This document shows positions 44,123-50,606 of a stretch of DNA of 50,606 nucleotides, piece by piece; the stretch's first letter is position 1, and each line of letters begins with the position of its first letter. The notes beneath the pieces were generated by a model. That model did not search any database and was not told the DNA's origin. It saw only the letters and a list, made by a program, of their open reading frames with translations. Source of the DNA: Candidatus Yanofskybacteria bacterium (GTDB taxonomy: Bacteria; Patescibacteriota; Minisyncoccia; 2-02-FULL-40-12; GWA2-44-9); assembly GCA_016181145.1 (NCBI GenBank), contig JACOZW010000002.1, positions 1 through 50,606 on the forward strand, written 5' to 3'. The position numbers and the translations under genes were made by a program.

Positions 44123-45694
44123 TTATTCAGCTCCGGGCGCCATCGATCGGATTATCTCAATTCTTTCCGGCTTATTTAAATATTCCCATGCTTTTCTGGA
44201 AACAAATTCAATATATTTAGGATCCATCAATGTTTTCATCGACGGCCATAACCAGTCGAGGTCGGCTATTTCAACGCCGGGCAGCAATAGATCATTCTGA
44301 ACAGCATGATCGTACAGGGCAGTGCCGGGGAATGGCGTGACAATAGTAAAATTCACATATTCAGATCCCGCATCCATATGTTTTTTAGCAACTAGAATCG
44401 TGGTAAGCAGTTCTTCATATGTCTCATCGGGATAACCGATGAGATAACAGCTTGAAACGGTAATGCCTAATGAGTTTGCTTTTCTTATCAATGCAGATAT
44501 ATCATAGTTCTCATGATTTATTTTACCGGAAGCCCACTTATCTACTACTCTTTGGGAACCGGATTCAACGGGGAAAGAGAGCCTTTTAAAACCAGCCTCT
44601 GCCATCGTTTCCAGCATCTCTTCATCTATAACAATCCTGCCGCCCTCGTTTTTATGGAGGTGTGATAAATTTATTCCATTAACGTCGCCGAGATTAAATC
44701 CGAATTTAATCATCATTCTAAAAAGATTTAATGCCCTTTTCTTTCTTGCTAATAAAGAATCATCTTCAATGTAAATATCCTCTATTCCGAGATTTTTAAT
44801 GGAAGCTAACTCTTTTTCTACACGCTCCACTGATTGAAATCTGAATTTGCCTATATAGCCGGTATCTGCCCCCTTTTGTTCTCCTGAAATATGGCAAAAG
44901 GTGCATACATATGGACAACCCCTAGATGTCTGAAGCGATCCATAAGGCAGAGGTTTATCTAACTGACCTACCGTTAGGACGCCGCCATGTGGCCGAGCAA
45001 TCTCCCAAATACGATCGAGTGGTAGCAAATCTCTGGCCGGAATGGGCAATAAATCTAAATTGTCTTCAATATGACCCGCCTGATTAATCTGAATCCGTCC
45101 ATCTTTTATGAAAGAGATTCCGGATACGCCAGAGAAGTCTCGACTTCCTTTTCTAAGGATATCGCCAATTTCAACTACTGTCTGCTCCGCCTCTGAAAGA
45201 CAAATGAGGTGGGCGCCGGCATCAAAGAATCTTCTCGTTTGCGTACGCGCATTAATTCCACCCATTATAATCAACTTCTCTGGATAAGCTTGAGAAATTA
45301 ATCTGAGTATTTCCTCAACCATATATGTTTGTGGGGTAAAAATTGAACTGATACCAATCACATCATACTCTGCCACTTCTCGAAGAATATCCTCTGGCGC
45401 CATTCCGATTCTAACCATGCCGTTCTGTAGCGGTATTTGACGGTAAAAACTTTGCTCGAGCGAATATCTTTCGTTCCCCAAACAACAATCCAAAATATTG
45501 ACCTGAAATCCGGCATCGCGTAATGCTCCGGCAAGATATAAGTTCCCCAAAGATGCCTCTGGCTTAACCGCACCAAAGCGCAGATTAAAACGTTGAGGCG
45601 CATACATCAATAAAAATTTAGGTTCCCTAATATTTTTTATCAATGGAGACGATTCTTGTTTCTTTTTTACCCGAATTCCCGTCTGCATATCCAT
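44123..45694 (-). CDS. B12-binding-domain radical SAM enzyme
   Basis: N-terminal B12-type domain (VIGISSIFTPQ...LIIMGGINA). Cluster motif SRGCPYVCTFCHISG. Confidence 0.85.
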   Translation of the reverse strand: MDMQTGIRVKKKQESSPLIKNIREPKFLLMYAPQRFNLRFGAVKPEASLGNLYLAGALRDAGFQVNILDCCLGNERYSLEQSFYRQIPLQNGMVRIGMAPEDILREVAEYDVIGISSIFTPQTYMVEEILRLISQAYPEKLIIMGGINARTQTRRFFDAGAHLICLSEAEQTVVEIGDILRKGSRDFSGVSGISFIKDGRIQINQAGHIEDNLDLLPIPARDLLPLDRIWEIARPHGGVLTVGQLDKPLPYGSLQTSRGCPYVCTFCHISGEQKGADTGYIGKFRFQSVERVEKELASIKNLGIEDIYIEDDSLLARKKRALNLFRMMIKFGFNLGDVNGINLSHLHKNEGGRIVIDEEMLETMAEAGFKRLSFPVESGSQRVVDKWASGKINHENYDISALIRKANSLGITVSSCYLIGYPDETYEELLTTILVAKKHMDAGSEYVNFTIVTPFPGTALYDHAVQNDLLLPGVEIADLDWLWPSMKTLMDPKYIEFVSRKAWEYLNKPERIEIIRSMAPGAE

Positions 45695-45763
45695 TTGTTA
45701 AGGTGCCCCCAAATATAAACTGAGCTTCAAATAAACTAGCAGAAAAAAATATAGGCAGCAACT

Positions 45764-46822
45764 TCAATTGAGTGACTGAATATTGTCTAATAACTTTTTA
45801 GCGATAACCCGGGATTTAAGATCGGAGATATAAAATTCATAAGCCCCTTTTGCTATTCTCCCCAATTCCTCCGGGTTATTTTTTGCCCACAATATCTTGT
45901 CAGCTAAAGACCTGGCATTAGCCGGCTCGCAGGTAATACAAGTCTCATCTGATTTCAATAGTTCCAATATCCCACTATTGGCCGCGGTAAGATATGGCAG
46001 ACGCATAGCTAATGCCTCATATGCCTTGTGCGGAATAGTCCTGCTTAAGCGTTCATGTTTCGACAACTGACCTATGCTTAAGTGGCATTTTTGCATGAGA
46101 AGACAAAGTTCATCGCTTTGAATATAGTTAGTTCTGAGATCTAAATTCTTGGGCCTGTATTCATGGATTACTTCCCTCGCCCTATCTAATAACTGACCGC
46201 CGCACTGCATGATAAATTTTATATCCTCATTCTCTAGTAATTTAGCCGCCTGAATTAAATACTCAGCCCCCGTCTCCGGTTGAAGCGCACCCCTGAATAA
46301 AACCGTGAATGTTGGAAATTTTGGAATTGCGGGATCATAGAAAAACTTATCTTCATCAACCCCGATCCAGCTTCTGAATACTTTTTTACCGTCGATTATA
46401 AATATTTTTTTAAAATAATCAGCCTGGCTGTCAGATTCCACAAAAATTAAATCTGCAAAATGTACAGCTACAAAATCAAGCAGCCAATAATAAAAGGCTT
46501 TAATTGAAAATCGAGAAGCTAAACCCCTCGAGACTATCAATCTCTCATATACCGATAAAACAGCATTATAAATAATTTTTTTTCGACAAAAAAAACGTAG
46601 AAAGATAACTAAGCTCGGGCTATCATAACCGACGATGACAGCGTCTATATCCTTGCGATTGCGTAAATAAAAAACCAAGAACCTGAAAAAATCAAAAACG
46701 CCTCCGTTAGCCAGACCAAATTCCACGACCCCAACCCCATTCTCCATCAGTCCCCTTATACAGACTGCATTAAGAGAGTATTCAAGTCGCGACCTGCTTG
46801 TATAAATTATTTTTTTAATCAT
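45764..46822 (-). CDS. GT-B-fold glycosyltransferase (GT4-like)
   Basis: C-terminal domain FRGALQPETGAEYLIQAAKLL ... IPHKAYEALAMRLPYLTA resembles the GT4 nucleotide-sugar-binding domain. Confidence 0.6.
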   Translation of the reverse strand: MIKKIIYTSRSRLEYSLNAVCIRGLMENGVGVVEFGLANGGVFDFFRFLVFYLRNRKDIDAVIVGYDSPSLVIFLRFFCRKKIIYNAVLSVYERLIVSRGLASRFSIKAFYYWLLDFVAVHFADLIFVESDSQADYFKKIFIIDGKKVFRSWIGVDEDKFFYDPAIPKFPTFTVLFRGALQPETGAEYLIQAAKLLENEDIKFIMQCGGQLLDRAREVIHEYRPKNLDLRTNYIQSDELCLLMQKCHLSIGQLSKHERLSRTIPHKAYEALAMRLPYLTAANSGILELLKSDETCITCEPANARSLADKILWAKNNPEELGRIAKGAYEFYISDLKSRVIAKKLLDNIQSLN

Positions 46823-47597
46823 GCCAGCTGCTTAATAGGCGAAGTTCTTTCCGCCAATTATAATTCCCCCAGTTATTATATTGCATTTTAAGCTCTTCAT
46901 TTTCAAATCCGGGATGACAACCAAGCTCTATAATTCTATCGGGATATTTATCTGATAATTCTTTTACCGACTCAATATCCTTTTCGCTCAGATTGCCTGC
47001 ATTAATAAAGCCGACAAAAAAATCATTACACCTGAGACCGCTTCGAATAATCATTTTTTTGGCAATCCCTGATAAAAAATTTAAAAATACCAATTGAGCT
47101 TTTCTGAGCGGGCCTCCTGCCGTGTTAAGGGGTTCATTTACAATACGGATATACGGAATTTCGTATTTTTTTGCCAAAGAGATAATAATATCCATAATCC
47201 CGGGAAGCAAATGAAGGTGCTGATGGCTATTAATAAATCTAAGATTGATTTGGGCCTTCAAGCATTTATTTATTTGAGCCTCTAGCTCCTTCTCAATATC
47301 GTTCTTTCTTATCAGACCTAAAATATACTTAAAGAAAAAAACTCTGTGATCTTTAGGGAAAGTTTTTAGAACAAGGGGTTTTTCTTCGACCAAAACTAAA
47401 TGTACTCCGATATTTAAAAATCCGATCTCCGAACATCGACGCACGGCATCATCGAAAGCCATACCGTTAGCCATAAGAGAAGCTCCGCTTATAAAACTAT
47501 TTTTTAAAAGATAAACTATGCCCTCATTAATGCCGGGGCTAAGACCCAAATCATCAGCTACGATAAAAATCCCTTCCTTAGAGCGAGTGAATTCCAT
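46815..47597 (-). CDS. ChbG/YdjC/HpnK-family carbohydrate deacetylase
   Basis: IVADDLGLSPGINEGI, GVHLVL and INSHQHLHLLPG motifs. Start set to M18 (MEFTRSK) to limit overlap with the upstream gene. Confidence 0.8.
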   Translation of the reverse strand: MEFTRSKEGIFIVADDLGLSPGINEGIVYLLKNSFISGASLMANGMAFDDAVRRCSEIGFLNIGVHLVLVEEKPLVLKTFPKDHRVFFFKYILGLIRKNDIEKELEAQINKCLKAQINLRFINSHQHLHLLPGIMDIIISLAKKYEIPYIRIVNEPLNTAGGPLRKAQLVFLNFLSGIAKKMIIRSGLRCNDFFVGFINAGNLSEKDIESVKELSDKYPDRIIELGCHPGFENEELKMQYNNWGNYNWRKELRLLSSWHD

Positions 47598-48558
47598 ATG
47601 GAGTTTCCGTAATACTATCATTCTTAATATTACATGTTTCGGAAACAATATATAAAGGACGGCCCTTAACCTCGTTAAACATTTTGTACATATATTCTCC
47701 GACTACCCCCAGAACCATCAATTGGATACTCCCCAAAAACAAAACCAATATAACCAAAGTTGCCCAGCCGGCAATTAAGGGGTTTGGATTAACATAATGA
47801 TCAACAACAACATATCCTGAAAAAATAATACTTATGCCCAAAACGAATAGTCCCGCCCAAAAAGCCAGTCGTAATGGAAAGGCTGAGAAAGAAGTAACTC
47901 CGCTTAAAACCAGTTTTGTTAACCTTTTAATATCATATTTGGGCTTACCGGCCCTTCTTGATTCAACGATATAGGGAACATATTTCTTTTTAAAGCCGAT
48001 CCATTGGATCATGCCCCTCAGATATCTTTCTCTCTCGGGTAATTTTTTAAGCGCATTAACCACGGGCCTTTTGTATAAGGCGAAGTCAGAAACATTCCTG
48101 AACTCAAGATTCGTGATAATGCTCATTAACTTATAAAATCCTCTGCCTCCGGCTTCTCTTAATTTAGAGTTCTGCTTATTATCCAGTCTTTCGCCTATAA
48201 CTATATCGTGGCCTTCTTCGGCATATCTGATAAATGTCGGTATTAAAGCTGGCGGATGCTGTAAATCACCGTCCATGGTCAATACCATATCTCCTTGGGA
48301 AAAATCTATCCCAACATTAAAAGCGGCCTGGTGGCCGAAATTTCTTGAAAATTTAATAACCTTAAACTTAGGATTCTGATCAGCAACTTTTTTGATCAGC
48401 TGAAAAGTATTATCAGTTGAACCATCGTCAACTAGAATAACCTCGTAATTTTTACCGAGAGTTAAGCCCGTACGATTAAGTTCTTCAATTAAGAAAGGGA
48501 TGACCTCTTGCTCATTAAAAAGAGGTATAACTATGGATAAATCTATGTTTTTTGGCAT
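47578..48558 (-). CDS. polyprenyl-phosphate glycosyltransferase (GT2; GtrB/ArnC/DPM1-like) with two C-terminal TM helices
   Basis: LSIVIPLFNEQEVI, VILVDDGSTDNT and FSRNFGHQAAFNVGIDFSQGDMVLTMDGDLQHPP motifs. Hydrophobic C-terminus AFWAGLFVLGISIIF...LVILVLFLGSIQLMVLGVVGEY. Confidence 0.9.
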   Translation of the reverse strand: MPKNIDLSIVIPLFNEQEVIPFLIEELNRTGLTLGKNYEVILVDDGSTDNTFQLIKKVADQNPKFKVIKFSRNFGHQAAFNVGIDFSQGDMVLTMDGDLQHPPALIPTFIRYAEEGHDIVIGERLDNKQNSKLREAGGRGFYKLMSIITNLEFRNVSDFALYKRPVVNALKKLPERERYLRGMIQWIGFKKKYVPYIVESRRAGKPKYDIKRLTKLVLSGVTSFSAFPLRLAFWAGLFVLGISIIFSGYVVVDHYVNPNPLIAGWATLVILVLFLGSIQLMVLGVVGEYMYKMFNEVKGRPLYIVSETCNIKNDSITETPYGIHSL

Positions 48559-48564
48559 TGGATA

Positions 48565-48593
48565 ATTCTACAACGATAAATCGGTTTTGTAAA
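48565..48593 (-). promoter_or_regulatory. candidate promoter TTTACA-N17-TAGAAT only 6 nt upstream of the ATG (leaderless-type spacing)
   Basis: On the minus strand, the -35 is the reverse complement of 48588-48593 and the -10 of 48565-48570. The ATG is the reverse complement of 48556-48558. Confidence 0.35.
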
Positions 48594-48605
48594 TCGATAC
48601 AAAAT

Positions 48606-48638
48606 CATCAAAAAAAGCGATTCTATGATCGCTTTTTG
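48606..48638 (-). terminator. intrinsic terminator overlapping the stop of the FdtA-like gene
   Basis: On the minus strand, AAAAAGCGAT-CATAGA-ATCGCTTTTT followed by TTGATG. Confidence 0.65.
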
Positions 48639-49039
48639 AATTCATTGTAATCCCTGATATAGTCACTCTCTTTATAGTGGTCGCCGGCTAAAACTAAAAT
48701 CACACAATCTCCGGAGAAATTATCCATCTCATGCCACAAATAATTTCCCAGTAGAACCCCGATGCTTGGGTCATTCATTTTCAGAATCTGTCTTCTGCGT
48801 CCATCGTCAAGAAGAAGATCAAAGCTACCGCCAAGGCATATAATAACCTGCCTCAGCTTCTTGTGGGCATGCCTTCCTCTTACCGCAGAACTATCCTTAA
48901 AATTATTTATGAAATAGATTCTCTTAATGTCGAAGGGTATTTCACGCCTAGCTTCAGCTATAAAAAGATCGCCGTCAGGATAATCCTTAAACATTTTAAG
49001 TTTTATAGTGCCGGAATTTTTTACTTTTATTTTGTTCAT
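48623..49039 (-). CDS. WxcM/FdtA-like cupin, sugar-nucleotide 3,4-ketoisomerase
   Basis: IPFDIKRIYFINNF...VRGRHAHKKLRQVIICLGGSFDLLLDDG...LWHEM...VILVLAGDHYKESDYIRDYNEF matches the FdtA/WxcM-C pattern along its whole length. Confidence 0.8.
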   Translation of the reverse strand: MNKIKVKNSGTIKLKMFKDYPDGDLFIAEARREIPFDIKRIYFINNFKDSSAVRGRHAHKKLRQVIICLGGSFDLLLDDGRRRQILKMNDPSIGVLLGNYLWHEMDNFSGDCVILVLAGDHYKESDYIRDYNEFKKRS

Positions 49040-49186
49040 GTAAAGGTTCTCCCGGTCAGTCTACTGAGGCCCCGCCTTTGGAGTAAGTTATACTATATTA
49101 TATTAAGCCAATCAATCAGTGAGAAGCGGAGCATATATGAGCCGACAATCCACGCTCACCCCGCTAAGAAACTGAATCTTACATGC

Positions 49187-50606
49187 TTATATTTTCGAAC
49201 AATCGAAAATATAAGATTCAACTTTTTTATCTTGGAATTTCTTAAGCAATAGGCATCTGGCTACCAATGGCCAGTACCGGCCATTTTTATCTATGGCCGG
49301 GAAGTCTACAATCATATAATGCCCCCGATAAGCATCCATCCGCACAGTGTAATCACGCGACGGAGCAGTATAAAAACGAGCCTCATATTTATCGGCCAAC
49401 CTTAGATCATAAGCACCGATATCGTAATAAGTTATCACATTAGTAATATCTGGATTATTGCGCACATAGTCAACTGAGGCCCTCGTAACTGCGGGAACAC
49501 TGCCAAATAATGAACCGAATAAATATTCGTTCATAAAAACTAAATTATATCCTAAACCGAATACTAAAAAGATGATGGCTAAATGAACCCTGATCTTTTT
49601 AAAAAACAACGCCCCGGCCAAGAAAAACCCGCACAATAGCCACATCCAAAGAATAAATTGGGCAGAAAAGTAAAATCCGGCCGGACCAGAACCGCCTGTC
49701 AGAGGCAGAAGAAAATTAAAATCCAGTGACTGAATATGCCTGACATATTCTTCTTTGGGATTAAGCGGAAGAACGGCTTGGTTTACCGATAGAGTAAAAA
49801 AGGAAATGCCGGTAAATAAAACTCCGATTGATATAAGATTGAAATAATTTTTCCTTACATTAAACCCGCTTATCAGCTTAAGAATAATCTCACTGGATAT
49901 GATTACGGAGGGAATAATCCAGAACATAAAATATCTTTCTATCGTCAGTTTTGTAAAATCGAATAGGACCAGATAGAAAACAAGATTGATCACCAGATAT
50001 AAGTACCAGAATCTGTACTTTCTTAAAATTTCTCTATTAAAGATGCCTCCGACAACGGGCAGAAGCAAAAGCGGAGAAAGCCAGACAAATGATTTCAGTA
50101 CTTTGAAGCCAAGTTCAAAATAGGCCCGTGATCCGAAATTTAACGAATTAAAATTCCTGGCATATTCAATCACATAATCCAAACGGCTGGCATACAAGTA
50201 GAAGAAAACTAATCCAGCTAAAACCAGAGGCCACCAAAACTTTATAATCCTTAAAGAGATTCTCTTAAAATCTAACCTACTAGATACATATGAAGACAAT
50301 AGATAATCTATAATTAGTGTCCCGAGAAATAAGACAAAACTCATCTTGGTCAATAATCCACCTGCGATGCCCAGTACAAAAATCACCCGCCAGAACCAGC
50401 CCTTGTCCTCGGACATCCGTAAATAGGCATAATAAGTCAGCAATACAAAGAAGGGTAGGATCGCGCCATCAATATCTATCTGAAGGTTGGAAATAGCACT
50501 ATATACGCTTATTACATATAAAAATGCCCCTAAAAGCGCTATTTTGGCCCCAGAAGTAACCTTTTTGACTATTTGGTAGACGAGTACCAGATTTAAAAAA
50601 CCGAAC
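49187..50606 (-). CDS. GT-C-fold membrane glycosyltransferase (ArnT/PMT, GT39-like), N-terminus outside window
   Basis: The reading frame stays open upstream of the listed start to the window edge (FGFLNLVLVYQIVKKVTSGAKIALLGAFLYVISVYSAISNLQIDIDGAILPFFVLLTYYAYL...). It has more than 10 hydrophobic helices and a soluble C-terminal domain. It sits in an operon with a GtrB-like GT2. Confidence 0.5.
   Translation of the reverse strand, partial: FGFLNLVLVYQIVKKVTSGAKIALLGAFLYVISVYSAISNLQIDIDGAILPFFVLLTYYAYLRMSEDKGWFWRVIFVLGIAGGLLTKMSFVLFLGTLIIDYLLSSYVSSRLDFKRISLRIIKFWWPLVLAGLVFFYLYASRLDYVIEYARNFNSLNFGSRAYFELGFKVLKSFVWLSPLLLLPVVGGIFNREILRKYRFWYLYLVINLVFYLVLFDFTKLTIERYFMFWIIPSVIISSEIILKLISGFNVRKNYFNLISIGVLFTGISFFTLSVNQAVLPLNPKEEYVRHIQSLDFNFLLPLTGGSGPAGFYFSAQFILWMWLLCGFFLAGALFFKKIRVHLAIIFLVFGLGYNLVFMNEYLFGSLFGSVPAVTRASVDYVRNNPDITNVITYYDIGAYDLRLADKYEARFYTAPSRDYTVRMDAYRGHYMIVDFPAIDKNGRYWPLVARCLLLKKFQDKKVESYIFDCSKI

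Noticed and set aside
49040-49186. The 147-bp spacer between the GT-C and FdtA-like genes could be a structured RNA or riboswitch
   Set aside because: The complementary segments I could find (GTGAG/CTCAC, AGCGG/CCGCT) are not nested into a consistent helix. The region is adequately explained by a promoter-like TTGATT...TATAGT plus an RBS.

Overview
AT-rich, gene-dense 50.6-kb window with about 47 protein-coding genes. Two are truncated by the window edges and three are internally disrupted. I see no rRNA, tRNA, CRISPR array, transposase or integrase. Almost the whole window is one mosaic surface-glycan biosynthesis island, made of short operons on alternating strands separated by clear hairpin terminators. 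(i) 1-3973: methyltransferases, a DUF115-GT2 fusion, a small HTH protein and a GHMP sugar kinase. (ii) 3970-12115: three different thiamine-diphosphate (ThDP) enzyme systems (split transketolase, split ALS/YerE-like enzyme, E1 alpha/beta) plus SDR, HD and EEP proteins. (iii) 12179-17391: a colitose-like 3,6-dideoxyhexose operon with a ColD/E1-type (His-for-Lys) 3-dehydratase, a Gmd/Rmd-like gene and a frameshifted fucose-synthase-like gene. (iv) 17473-24448: aldo/keto reductase, two convergent B12-domain radical SAM enzymes, a P-loop kinase, a second HD protein and a second fucose-synthase-like gene. (v) 24557-35058: a GT2-like gene followed by a nonulosonic-acid operon (HisF/HisH/WbuX-type amidotransferase, methyltransferase, NeuA, NeuB, NeuC, carbamoyltransferase, oxidoreductase). 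(vi) 35102-40069: an orphan GT-B-like gene, an oxidoreductase, a second DUF115 protein, a methyltransferase and a GT4 with an in-frame TAA. (vii) 40066-43920: a CotH / VTC-domain / DUF4956 triad. (viii) 44123-50606: a third B12-radical SAM, a GT4-like gene, a ChbG/YdjC deacetylase, a GtrB/ArnC-like GT2, an FdtA-like ketoisomerase and a GT-C membrane transferase. The most unusual non-coding signal is an element of three TGAYAY hexamers (11 of 12 are TGAYAC) phased at exactly 10 bp. It sits in front of four operons, once directly upstream of the small HTH gene. All calls are made by eye from motifs and the ORF track; no database search was run.
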